From positions 832,001 to 896,000 of the forward strand of contig CAWCKY010000003.1 of assembly GCA_963796275.1 (NCBI GenBank): a stretch of DNA of 64,000 nt. The letters are read 5' to 3'. Below the pieces are notes generated by a model. That model had not been told where the DNA came from, did no database searches, and saw only the letters and a program-made list of their open reading frames with translations. Made by a program: the position numbers and the translations under genes. Positions 29,109 to 40,081 of the stretch are shown piece after piece. The number at the start of each line of letters is the position of its first letter. The first letter of the stretch is position 1. Source of the DNA: an uncultured Acidobacteriota bacterium (lineage in GTDB: Bacteria > Acidobacteriota > Blastocatellia > RBC074).

Positions 29109-30959
29109 ATGTCCCGATCTATCCAAAGCTCTGAAGTCCTCAAGCTGCTCAATGATGCCCAGATAGGGCGATATAAATATACGCCATCGCCCGCAGACTG
29201 GCGCGACCAGTGGATATACTTTCTCATAACCGACCGGTTCAATAACCCGCTGGCGCCGCCGCACGAGCAGTGGGATGCTCCTGTCGGATCATTCCAGGGC
29301 GGCACTTTCAATGGCATCCGTGAACAACTCGATTATCTTAAAGATCTCGGGGTCGGAGCGATCTGGATATCGCCGGTACTCAAGAACCCGCAGTATGACG
29401 TGTTTGCCCATCACGGTTACGGCGTACAGGATTTCCTGTCGATCGACCCTCGTTTCGCCTCAGATGTCGAGCGGGCCCGCCGGGAACGTGAGTTCGTAGA
29501 GGATGAACTCCGCCTGCTGATCGATGAGGCGCACGCGCGCGGTATCTATGTGATCTTCGATATCGTGCTCAACCACGTGGGCAACGTCTTCGCTTATGAA
29601 GGCGATCGCCACGATGCCCCCTGGCGCGATGACGGGCCTTATCAAATAATGTGGCGTGATGCACAGGGGCAGGCGAGCGCTGAATGGAATTCACCGCCTG
29701 CGATTGATGACATATCGCCCGATGCATTGATCTGGCCGGTCGAGCTGCAGCACAACGAATACTATCGCCGTATGGGTAATGCTTTCTCCCGTCCGATCGA
29801 TATACACGAACAGGCCGGAGACTTCTACGCCCTCAAAGAGTTGAACACAGCTTATCTCCAGCCGCACGCGGTCTATGGCATCTCACATCCGGTGCGCGCG
29901 ATCCTGATCACCGCGCATCAATATCTCATGGCAAAATTTGACATCGATGGCTTCCGCATCGACACGCTGAAATATCTCGAGCCGGATTTCGCGTCCGAGT
30001 TCGGATCGGCGATCCGCGAATACGCGCTGACCATCGGCAAGAAAAATTTCTTCACCTTCGGTGAAGTCTACGATCAGGAGGAGAAGATCGCGCGTTTCAT
30101 TGGTCGCAACGCCAACGCGGATGGCGACCTCATCGGCGTAGACGCTGCCCTGGACTTTCCCTTATTTTTCAAGCTGCCTGCACTTTCCAAAGGGCAACTC
30201 GCGCCGGGCGAAATAGCTTATATGTTTCAGCAGCGCAGGCGTGTGACTCAGTCCCTGATCAGCTCCCAGGGGGAGGCTAGCGGCTACTTCGTCACCTTTA
30301 TCGATAATCACGATCAGCACAACCGCATACATTACGTCGATCCGGTTGATCCGCATCGCTACGATGACCAGGTGACCCTCGCGCTGGCTTGCATGTTCAC
30401 GCTTCAGGGTATCCCGTGCCTGTATTACGGCACCGAGCAGGGACTTAGCGGTAACGGGGACAGGCCGGAATACGTGCGCGAGGCGCTATGGGGCAAAGCA
30501 AACGCCTTCGATCAATATCATCCGTTCTACCGAACGATCCAGCAACTTTCAGAAATACGATTGAAACGGCCCGTAATACGCTACGGGAGGCAGTACTTTC
30601 GCCAGGTCTCCGGCGATGGCGTAAACTTCGGCATTTCGAACTACGCCAATGGAATACTCGCCTATTCACGTGTGTTGTCAGATCTGGAAGCGATCGTGAT
30701 TGCCAATACAAACATCAGGGATGGGTGGTCAGGTAAGGTTATTGTTGATTATACGCTGTGGGCGGGTGAGTTCACGTATGAATTGCTCTTCAGCAACAAG
30801 CGATCGAGCGAGCGTGTTTATCCTATCCCCGCTATCGAGATGCCACAAGGCACAATACAGGTCAGCAAACTCAGCGGCGAAATCACAAACGGTCCGGCGC
30901 GCGTCATCGATGTGGAACTCTTGCCCGGCGAGGTTCAGATCTGGAGCAAAGGCCTCTAA
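29109..30959 (+). CDS. alpha-amylase family (GH13) glycoside hydrolase
   Basis: IYFLITDRF, HGY, DIVLNH, DGFRIDTLK (nucleophile), FGEVY, FIDNHD, YYGTEQG. Confidence 0.93.
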   Translation: MSRSIQSSEVLKLLNDAQIGRYKYTPSPADWRDQWIYFLITDRFNNPLAPPHEQWDAPVGSFQGGTFNGIREQLDYLKDLGVGAIWISPVLKNPQYDVFAHHGYGVQDFLSIDPRFASDVERARREREFVEDELRLLIDEAHARGIYVIFDIVLNHVGNVFAYEGDRHDAPWRDDGPYQIMWRDAQGQASAEWNSPPAIDDISPDALIWPVELQHNEYYRRMGNAFSRPIDIHEQAGDFYALKELNTAYLQPHAVYGISHPVRAILITAHQYLMAKFDIDGFRIDTLKYLEPDFASEFGSAIREYALTIGKKNFFTFGEVYDQEEKIARFIGRNANADGDLIGVDAALDFPLFFKLPALSKGQLAPGEIAYMFQQRRRVTQSLISSQGEASGYFVTFIDNHDQHNRIHYVDPVDPHRYDDQVTLALACMFTLQGIPCLYYGTEQGLSGNGDRPEYVREALWGKANAFDQYHPFYRTIQQLSEIRLKRPVIRYGRQYFRQVSGDGVNFGISNYANGILAYSRVLSDLEAIVIANTNIRDGWSGKVIVDYTLWAGEFTYELLFSNKRSSERVYPIPAIEMPQGTIQVSKLSGEITNGPARVIDVELLPGEVQIWSKGL

Positions 30960-31125
30960 AGTAAATCGAACGATGTCGGAGCTTTTGTAGTGCAGCCGGA
31001 CGGCGCTCTCCTCCCAGCCTGGCGAATGTTCTTTCCCGAAACGCGGGGAAAGCGGCGTGAGCTCCTACACTCCGAGCCCCTTTACCCAACGTTTATTCAA
31101 GATCGCAGTGAGCTTCGAGACCGAT

Positions 31126-33283
31126 ATGAAAGCGCTGCTGCTCGCCGCTACCATACTATTGTCACTCGCCTGGCAGCAGTCGCCACCCCAGACCAGACAA
31201 CCGCCACCTCCCGCCCCTGATAAACAGGGGCCGACGCTTGAAGTCGAAGAGGTTATTTTTGAAGGAAACCAGGTCCTTCACCAGCGCGGAGTTGAAACGT
31301 CAATTGCACCTCGTCGGCGAAGATGTACTGTTGCGGGGATTCGGCCGCCGCAACTCTTACACGCGCGAGCGATTTCAGGCAGACGCCGCGAGTCTTCTGA
31401 GATATATGACCGGCCGGGGCTACCTCAGAGCCTCGATAGGCGAGCCGAAGATACGATTCATCAATATCGAGGATGCCGCACGGACGAGCGGCGGCGTCCC
31501 CATACGCCTGATCATTCCAGTCACCGAAGGTTATCTGCACAGGCTCGGGAACCTGATGGTGCGCGATGGCGCCGTGCTCACGAACGAACAGGCGCGCGCG
31601 CTGTTCCCCATCAAAACGGGAGACGTGATCGACGCCGGCCTGATGGACGATGTGTTAAATCGCATGCGCATTTATTATGGGCGCCTGGGGCACCTGCAAT
31701 TCGCTCCCACCATCGATTTCAAGTTTGCGCCCCCCGTTAAAGGCGAATCGGTGACTGACATCACGATCACGCTCAATGAAGGGAAGAGATTCACACTGGG
31801 GCGGCTCGAATTCAGTGGCAATCGCCGAACACTTGACCTGCCGCTACGCCGCATGATCCCGCTCACCGAGGGCGATTATTTCGATTACGCGATGCTGGAA
31901 ACGGGCATCAACCGTCTCAACCGTACGAATCTCTTCGACCCGATTACGCCTGCCGATGCGATCATCACTTACGATCAGGCGCGCGGCGCCGCCGACGTCG
32001 AGCTGCGCTTGAAAGAACGCGACGTCCAGCGAATTGATGTGAGTGGCGGGGCCGGCTCATTCGGCTCGTTCAGCATAGGATTGGACTATTCGAACATCAA
32101 CTTGACGGGACGACTCGACAGTTTCGCCGCGCTGTTGCGGCTGGGTAACCTCGAGCAGACGGTTTCGGCAAAATACGGCACTACTTTGATGACAGCCAGA
32201 CCGGTCACATTGAGCTATTCCGGCTCTTTTCAGCGCTACGTCTTCGTCGATGCCCAAACCCAGGGGGATAACCGGCGGCCGCTCTACATTCAAACCGCGG
32301 GAGGGCTGGGGGCTGGTGCGACAGTACCGCTGGCCAGAGGGCGCAATACGCTGGGCGCGGCGACGGTCGGCAGTCTGTTTTATTCTCTGAATTTCAACTC
32401 GCTCGAAGATCTGGTTGCCCAACGGGCATCGACAGTGAATGACATCCAGCAGAGCAACATCCGCCTGGCTTCTCTGACGCCCGCGATGACGCACGACACG
32501 CTGGATCGCGATTTCGATCCGCTGCGCGGGATGCGGATGACAACCGGCGTCGAGGTAGCCGATCGCGCATTCGGAGGCAACATCAATACGGTGAGACCGT
32601 GGGTCGATTTCCGGCATTTCATACCGCTAAATCCGGGCAAGGTAGAGGGTGAGAGAAACGTGTTCGGTTACCGCCTGCGAGCCGCTAACATCGCCTCCTT
32701 CGGCAGGCCATTCGAAGCGACCACGCTTTCGGTAATCAACGGCGTTCCGATCTTCAACCGGTATTTTGTGGGCGGAATGACGGAGGTGCGCGGTTATCCA
32801 ATCAACTCGATCGCGCCGCTGGCCCGCGTTGACCGGCTGCTGGCCATCGGAAATAACCCGCCGATCCTCGTCAACAGCAGCGTGCAGCCCGTCGGCGGCG
32901 ATACGCAATTGATCGCCAATGCGGAGTACCGCGCTCCGGTGATGAGCCGATTGTCGATGGCGGCGTTTTTCGATATCGGCTCTTCGTTCAACGCCCGGAG
33001 ACTGGAGGAAGAGCAATTCATCAGCCCGGTGCAACTGATCCCGCCGATCACAGGGTCCTCTTTGATAACGGTAGTGCGCCCGGTGGGAGAGGTCGCGAAC
33101 CAGATTCCCAATTACCGCATCTCGCTCGGCGGTGAGCTGCGTATCTTGATACCCGTGGTCAATCTGCCGTTGCGACTGATCTTCGCTTACAACCCGAACG
33201 CTCAGGTCAATCCGCCCCCGGCAACGCTGCTTGCGCCTGAAAAAAGATTTGTTTTTTTATTCGGAATTGGCCGCACATTATGA
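31126..33283 (+). CDS. BamA/Omp85-family outer-membrane protein with 3 POTRA domains (one frameshift near 31275)
   Basis: Signal peptide MKALLLAATILLSLAWQQ in the frame of 31126. Deleting one C in GTCCTTCACC gives EGNQVFTSAELKRQL; VRGY motif; barrel ends FLFGIGRTL. Confidence 0.85.
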
Positions 33284-33398
33284 TCCTGGGATTGAAGTTA
33301 ATTATAGCTCTCCTGGATAGATCATCTCTCATTCCTAAAGAACCACTCCCTTACAGCTCACGGTGCATACTCTTTCACTCTTCTTAATTGTTCTGAAT

Positions 33399-36300
33399 TT
33401 AGTTTCCATCGCCGACTACGACAAACCCTCCCCAGTAGAATGGATGCACAAACTCTGGATTTTTCATCACCTTCAATGCCGCCTGCCTCATAGCCTCTGC
33501 AGTAGAAACCGCCGGTTGCGAGCCGCCGTATCTTGTCTTGAACCTCTTGTGGAACTCGACCATCAGGGCCGTCGTGCTCGATGCTTCCACCTTCCATTGA
33601 CTGACCACCGTTCTCGGACATCCAGCCACGAATAACGCCCACGTCATCCCGATCACCCCTTCGCCAGCTCCCACTCGCCCGCGCGCCGTCTCGCAGGCAG
33701 AGAGCACCACCAGGTCGGCATTCAGATCGAGGTTCATCATCTCCCAGGCTTCCAGCAACCCGTCTTCGTCGTCCTTTCCGGGAGTTTGAGACAACAAGAT
33801 GTGCGAGTACATCGGGCTGACGTCGTTGAGAATTCCGTGAGCCGCCAGATGGAGAATGCGATAACGGGACGATTGCTCTTTAACCAGGTCTTCTCTGGCC
33901 GAAGGGCCTGTGAACACTTGACTGTGCGTTGGGCCATACAAACGCCTCAGCGCCTGGACTTGAGCCGCCGCCTCGGGCAATGGCTGCAGCTCTGCATCCA
34001 TCTTTACAAACTTGACCAATTCTTTACTCCGTGTTCCCAAGTCCGGATTGCCCAGAGCCAGTAGGGATGATTTGACTGGCGCAAGCTGATTTCTACGATT
34101 GAGCTGCATCTCTCTAAGCACGGAGAGAGATGGCGCATATGAGATTGCGGCATCTTCGATCAAATAACGTAGCTCTCGAGAGAGCAAGACCTGGAACGGC
34201 AAGTCCCACAACACGTTATCGGGAGTGATGATGAGAGAGGTTTTCCCTTGCAGTTGCTTCTGAGCAGGTTTGATCAGCAAGTCATAAAGTTCATGTGAGA
34301 GCTTTTGGAAGTCGTAATCTCTGTTCTCCATTCGGCCGCGGAATCGCTCGACCTTTTCAGCGAGCGATTTGCGTTCGATCTGTATGGTGTAAGTATTCAA
34401 GGCCATTTGACCGGAAGCGTTTTTGGTCAGGACGAAGATGTGGACATTCTCTTCTGTGACGATGAAATCTAATAGTGCAGTTTTGGAATCAGGAATGACG
34501 CCAGCAGCATCCTCAAAAGAGACCGGTCGAATCTCGCCGCGCTGAACTTTGAGTTCGGGATGTGCAGCGTAGAGGGTAGTTTGATACGCCTCGAACTCCA
34601 GACGTGCTTTTTTCAACTGCCCTGCGAGTTCGACGAGATGTTTTTCATCAGTTTGAGATTTGAGCTTTTCACTAGTGATTTGGCGATTGAAGGAAACGAT
34701 CTTGCGGTTCAGTCGGTGTTTTTGTTCGCGCTCCACTGGAGAGATTGAATTGTCGATATCGACACGGCCGTTTTGCAATAGCTCCAGGAGCGTGCGCCCT
34801 TTTGCCAGCTGAGCATGGGAGAAAGCCTCGGTGAATCGTTTTTGATTGATGTGAAAATCGATAATAGCCTGATATGTGGTCACTGCTCGCTCAAAAGAGC
34901 GCTGGCGGTCGAAGTCGCCACCGGCTAATTGATCTCGCAAATGTTCAATGATATCAATAGCTCTGCCTAACGCCTCACCGGCTTTTTCGGGTTGATTAAG
35001 CTTCTGATGGGCTTTAGCGGCTATTACCAGAGCCGCGGAGATGTAGGGAATTCGGCTGATTTCTTCGGCAGCCTTAATTGTTCGTTCTGCAAAGTCCAGT
35101 GCCACTTGATGATCTGCATGCAAGAGATACATCTCACTTAATCTCAATAAGGGATCTACCATCCTGGCTTTATCCCCAGATTTTTCGGCTAGCTGGAGCA
35201 CTTCCCGATAGGTGGCGATTGCTTGAAGCGTTTTATTTTCAGCCACAAAAACAGCACTCATATTCATTTTGATCGTTGCAACGAAGCTATTTTTAGCGAT
35301 TGCTAGAGTGTTTCCAATCTCTTCTGCCAGCTTCAGGCTCTTCTGAAAAGATTCCATCGCTAAAGAATAGTCGCCCTGTCGCAAATAGTTATTACCGATG
35401 AAAACAAGGACGCTAGCCTTAGTTGAATTAGCCGCAGTGTCTTTCAGCATTATTGCTTTCTCAGCAGCTTCAAGTGCCTTTTGGCTATTGACGAAAACCT
35501 GATCATAGTTACCTTGGGCTTCAAAAGTAGCGGCAATATTCATCAGGACATGTGACAGAAACCTCCAATCCGATCCGGAGTTAAGACGGCTTTCAGCTAT
35601 CTTCAGACTTTTTAACTGCATTTCCAGAGACTTGGCATTATTGCCTCTTGAACGATGGATGACTCCCAGGTTATTCAACGCCTGGATCGTCATCTGACGG
35701 TTTCCCACTTCTTCGGCCAGTTTTAGCCCTTTCTGATAATATTCTGCGGCTTTCGCATACTCGCCCATTCCAACTTGATAAACCACTGCTGAGTTTATCA
35801 ATGATTTTGCCATGATCCTCTTTAAATCCACCCTCTTCCGCTGCTTCCAAACTTCGTCGGAAATACTCAAGTGCAAATTCAGGAGATTTTTCCGGTGTGC
35901 CTGTCCAGCCATAGAGGTTTCCCGCATGTAACAATACATATGCTATTACAGATTGATCGCCGCTCATTTCAGCAAGTTTGTATGCGAGCCGAGTGATCGC
36001 TAGGGCGTGTTGAAAACTCACTTGATCTTCGGAGGCAAAATAAATTTGACGAATGAGTGCATAGGCAAGGTCAGATGTTATCGACCCCGATTCTTTCTCA
36101 ATCAAGTCATTACGCTCATCCTCTGTTTTCGCTGCAATAATTGCCGAGGCAAGGTCTTCCTCGCTGGGAATGAATTTCCACACCTTCCAGTTTCCGCCAT
36201 CGTTTATCAACTCGATCGTACGGTTCTTCTTCCCTATCCTTTCAGTGGCCTTTACCATATTGGCCCTGATCAGCGCCACATCAGCAACTATTCGAAGTGT

Positions 36301-36615
36301 CGCTTTATCACCATCGATCTTTATTTGAGGTATATGGAAGGGTTTCACAGAAATCTTCTCATATGCAGCAAACTCCTCTTGCAAGAGTTTTTTGTTCTCG
36401 GCTAGAAAGGCGGATCTCTCGCTCCACAGGGAGAACAGTCTTTCGGTGTCTTTTTGCTGATATGATTCGAAGAGTCTCTGGACCACTATGCGAATGGCAT
36501 TGGCATCGTCCGTTTGTGCCAGAGATGAAGTGCCCGGTGAGTGATCAATGTATACAATATAAGTCGATACCAACATCCCTATGACAAAATGCGGCAGGAA
36601 TTTGCAGTACAGCAC
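33399..36615 (-). CDS. SnoaL/NTF2-like + TPR + CHAT (caspase HetF-associated) protease (one frameshift near 35830)
   Basis: TPR motifs; CHAT dyad HLAAHG and LSACET; HPFYWGGFVVVG. Deleting one G from GAGGGTGG joins the 314-aa and 846-aa ORFs (AEEVDLKRIMA). Confidence 0.88.
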
Positions 36616-37072
36616 GAATACCTCCTCTAATTATAATTTATGCGGAAATTGATCTGGCTCATGGGCATGGCTGATGTAAGACCACAGAAACGGCATCCCA
36701 AGCGCCGAGTCATTGTACGATATGAACAATTTCTACCTTAGCGTATAATATTAAACTTCAGATCCAATCAAACTTTTAATCCGTATCCCACTTAGCAGAC
36801 CTAGTCTGCGTCCCGCTCACCAGGGAAATCAAGTTAGCCCATTTACTATATCTGATAGCTGATTATCAATATTTTGAATTGTTTAGATTATCTGTTCGTA
36901 TTCCCCCCAAATGAACGCCACACCCGTGCGCATTGCTGGCAATCAATTATTGCCCGGATAAAGATACTTTTCTTCATCACCATGCGCTGAGAGCTAAACT
37001 CAATCAATGAGGGGCAGTAGGACCTCGAAAAGGACCGTAAGACTAAGATAAGAGAGGAATTTTTTGACAATT

Positions 37073-38047
37073 ATGAATATGAAAAAGAAGACATTTATTG
37101 CAGCGGGGCTCATTACCTCGGCGGTATTTGCGGTAATGTTAATCGTGGCTTCCAGCAACCGGTCAGTCGGTAATGCACAGACCAGCATCACAGCGGGGCT
37201 CACCTTACCGAACAGAAATATTTATGCTTTAACTACCGACCAAAGCCTTTACCTCCTGGCACCGGGGGCAAGCCAATATTCAAGGCTGGGTCGTATAGTA
37301 AACACTGACGGCGAAAACGTGATAGGAATGGATTTCCGTGTAGCTGACGGGCAGCTATATGTCGTGACGGACGTGGGAGGTATCTTCACGGTCGACCTGT
37401 CACCTGCCAACATCGGAGTGGCTACTCGTGTGAGTGTAACTAATCCACGTTATACTGGTGGATTTGGATTGGTGGTGGATTTCAATCCTATGGCCAATGC
37501 TCTGCGCGTTACAGGCCAAACGACCCAGAACATTGCGGTAGTTAATCAAAACGGTGGCAACCTCAACGCGACCGCGGTTCAGACATCCCTCGCTTATGCC
37601 GCCGGTGACGTCAATGCGGGCAAGATACCCCGAATATCTGGCGGAGCATACAACAATAATCGCGTTGGTCTGGCGACTACGATCTTCTATATGGTCGATC
37701 ATGATCTGGATAATTTCGTGACAATTAGCGGCAAGACACCCACTGGCAGTTCGAACACGGGCGCGGGTCAGCTGCAAACGATTGGCCCATTTGTTGACAA
37801 TGCTGGTAATCGGGTTAACATGGCTCCTACAACCAACTTCGATGTTTACACGGATCCTAATGGGCGCAATTTTCTCGTAGGACAAACTAGTCGGCTACTC
37901 TTTACGATCGATCTCAACCAGATCAACCCCAATCTCCCGTTGGGAACAACGCAGAACGTAGTTGTAGCAAGAGGCCCCGCGGGAATTCAACTACCAGTTG
38001 GCGCTCCTCAAATTGCTGGCGGAGTCAACGACATAGCCGTTCAATAA
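37073..38047 (+). CDS. exported DUF4394-domain protein
   Basis: Signal peptide, GENVIGMDFRVADGQLY, DFNP.ANALRV, LAYAAGDVNAG. Confidence 0.8.
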   Translation: MNMKKKTFIAAGLITSAVFAVMLIVASSNRSVGNAQTSITAGLTLPNRNIYALTTDQSLYLLAPGASQYSRLGRIVNTDGENVIGMDFRVADGQLYVVTDVGGIFTVDLSPANIGVATRVSVTNPRYTGGFGLVVDFNPMANALRVTGQTTQNIAVVNQNGGNLNATAVQTSLAYAAGDVNAGKIPRISGGAYNNNRVGLATTIFYMVDHDLDNFVTISGKTPTGSSNTGAGQLQTIGPFVDNAGNRVNMAPTTNFDVYTDPNGRNFLVGQTSRLLFTIDLNQINPNLPLGTTQNVVVARGPAGIQLPVGAPQIAGGVNDIAVQ

Positions 38048-38070
38048 ACGCTTTCGGGTCTAATTGTTTC

Positions 38071-38099
38071 AAGGGGGGAGGGGAAACACCTCCCCCTTT
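38071..38099. terminator. GC-rich hairpin between convergent genes
   Basis: AAGGGGGGAGG-GAAACA-CCTCCCCCTTT. Confidence 0.65.
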
Positions 38100-38153
38100 C
38101 TGTATAGATGCTGTTTATTGTCTCGAAATGTAACCGTACCCTGCATAGGCGAA

Positions 38154-38567
38154 CTAGAGGGTTGGATCAGTCCTGCTGTAGGTAGCAATCCACCAGATAT
38201 TCCCAAATGAATCTTGCACGCCGGCTCCGCGTTCCTCATATGGCTTATCTTCCGGAGCTGAGACCGATTTCGCCCCCCACTCCAACGCCCGCTCATACGC
38301 TTTATCCACATCTTCGACATAGACGTAGACAGATGCCCGCGTCGGCGTGACGCCCGGGGGAAATTCCCCTGTCTCCATCACCAGCACCGAATCTCCGATC
38401 ATCGCCTCGACGTGGGACCCTTTTTCATCTTGTATGCGCTCCACCTCCACAGCGCCGAATACGTGCTTTACAAATTCGGGCAAATCGAGATGGCCGTAAA
38501 GATATGGTCTGACGGCTCCCAAACGATGACGAATGTATCTCTTTTCAGTCTCCATATGGTCTCCCAT
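38154..38567 (-). CDS. VOC/glyoxalase (PhnB-like) protein
   Basis: VYVEDVDKAYERALEWGA, YEERGAGVQDSFGNIWWIAT. Confidence 0.9.
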   Translation of the reverse strand: MGDHMETEKRYIRHRLGAVRPYLYGHLDLPEFVKHVFGAVEVERIQDEKGSHVEAMIGDSVLVMETGEFPPGVTPTRASVYVYVEDVDKAYERALEWGAKSVSAPEDKPYEERGAGVQDSFGNIWWIATYSRTDPTL

Positions 38568-39047
38568 TCACTCCAGACCCTGTTGTTTCATCCAGGTTTC
38601 CATACGACGATCCAGCTCTTCTTTTGAGACATTCTCAATGTAGGTGGAGATTATCCAAAGATGTCCGAAGGGATCTTCCAGCCTTCCTTGTCGGTAGCCA
38701 TAGAACTGATTCTCGATTGGAAAGATGACTTTCGCTCCGGCTGAAATTGCCTGATTCCACACTACATCAGCATCTTCGACGTTAAGTGTTATGATCGTCG
38801 TAGCGCCTCCGAGCGATGGTGGACTGTAATTACCCCATTCAGGCGATTCTTCGGCCAGGGAGATAATTGAATCTCCGATTTTAATTCCCGCCGAGACGAT
38901 TTTTCCGTTAGGATCCGCATAGCGCTCCAGTTCACTTGCACCGAATGCCTGCTTATAAAACTCGATTGCCTTATCCGCGCCTCTGACGAACATACGCGGT
39001 GTTGCGGTGTGATGGCCTTCTGGTATCGGTTTTACGTTTGCTTTCAT
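38568..39047 (-). CDS. VOC/glyoxalase (PhnB-like) protein
   Basis: IPEGHHTATP, AIEFYKQAFGA, FYGYRQGRLEDPFGHLW. Confidence 0.92.
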   Translation of the reverse strand: MKANVKPIPEGHHTATPRMFVRGADKAIEFYKQAFGASELERYADPNGKIVSAGIKIGDSIISLAEESPEWGNYSPPSLGGATTIITLNVEDADVVWNQAISAGAKVIFPIENQFYGYRQGRLEDPFGHLWIISTYIENVSKEELDRRMETWMKQQGLE

Positions 39048-39162
39048 AATTCACCCCCCTTCAGATTCGTGAGATGACAGATTTTTCCTCTTGTTGATAT
39101 GCTGTCTGAGTGCTCATGGCTAACCCCGGACGCGTCACAATGTCTTGGAAAAAATTGACCTC

Positions 39163-40026
39163 TCACTCCGGCAGAGGAGCGTGGTTTATATAAGGCCCGC
39201 GGTGTGTCAGGTAAGCGGTAGGGCTGAAGCCTGAGAATGATTTGAACTCGTTCGAGAAATGCGCTTGATCGTAGTAACCGCAAGAGAGGGCGAGGTCCGT
39301 CAATTCGATCTGATCACCCCGGTAAAGCCGCTGCAAAGCCTCACGAAAGCGCAGGATGCGGCAAAAAACTTTGGGCGTCAATCCGACTTCCGCGCTGAAG
39401 AGTTGAATGAACCTCCGATTACTGAAACCTGTTTGATCGATCACGTCGGCTATCATGCGCCGGGGCGATCTCTGAAATTCGTTCAAGGCGAACGCGACTG
39501 CCGGATGAGGCACCAGCGGGCGAATTGATTGAACGAGCAGATAGTCTTCAATTAAACGGAAGCGGCCGAGTATTGAAAGCTCCGCGAGCAAACGTTCGCG
39601 CAGTTCATCAGCGACGTTTCGCCACAAGGCATCGAGCGGGACGTGAACGTTGGCCAATTCGTTCGCCGGCGGCATAAAGAAGGGAAACGTACCGCCTTTT
39701 TTGAAACTAACCCCCATCATCTGTGCCTGACAGGCAGTGTCGATGACAAAAGATTCAGAGTATACGCCGGACAGGAAAATTCCGCTTAACTTCTCGATTC
39801 GGGTCGGCTGTTCTCCATCGCAAACGCGCACCCGGTCATCGCGCAGATCGATCAGTAGCTGCATCCTGCCGTCCGGCAGAATGCGCTCTTTGCTGTGGGG
39901 CGTATCATCGCCTTCGTAATACCAGATAAAATCTATGAAATTTGATAGCGGGACCGCCGGTTTGTAGGTTCGAAAATACATATGATGGGGGCGGGCGTGA
40001 GCAACAAATAAACTGTGTTCGTTCAC
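39163..40026 (-). CDS. AraC-family transcriptional regulator (DUF6597-type N-terminus)
   Basis: ERILPDG, F...VGLTPK, GYYDQAHF..EFK.FSG.SP. Confidence 0.92.
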   Translation of the reverse strand: MNEHSLFVAHARPHHMYFRTYKPAVPLSNFIDFIWYYEGDDTPHSKERILPDGRMQLLIDLRDDRVRVCDGEQPTRIEKLSGIFLSGVYSESFVIDTACQAQMMGVSFKKGGTFPFFMPPANELANVHVPLDALWRNVADELRERLLAELSILGRFRLIEDYLLVQSIRPLVPHPAVAFALNEFQRSPRRMIADVIDQTGFSNRRFIQLFSAEVGLTPKVFCRILRFREALQRLYRGDQIELTDLALSCGYYDQAHFSNEFKSFSGFSPTAYLTHRGPYINHAPLPE

Positions 40027-40081
40027 CTCTTCAAAGAGTCAAGCTTATCGCTATTAACTGTTGATCGCTGTTCATTGCCAA

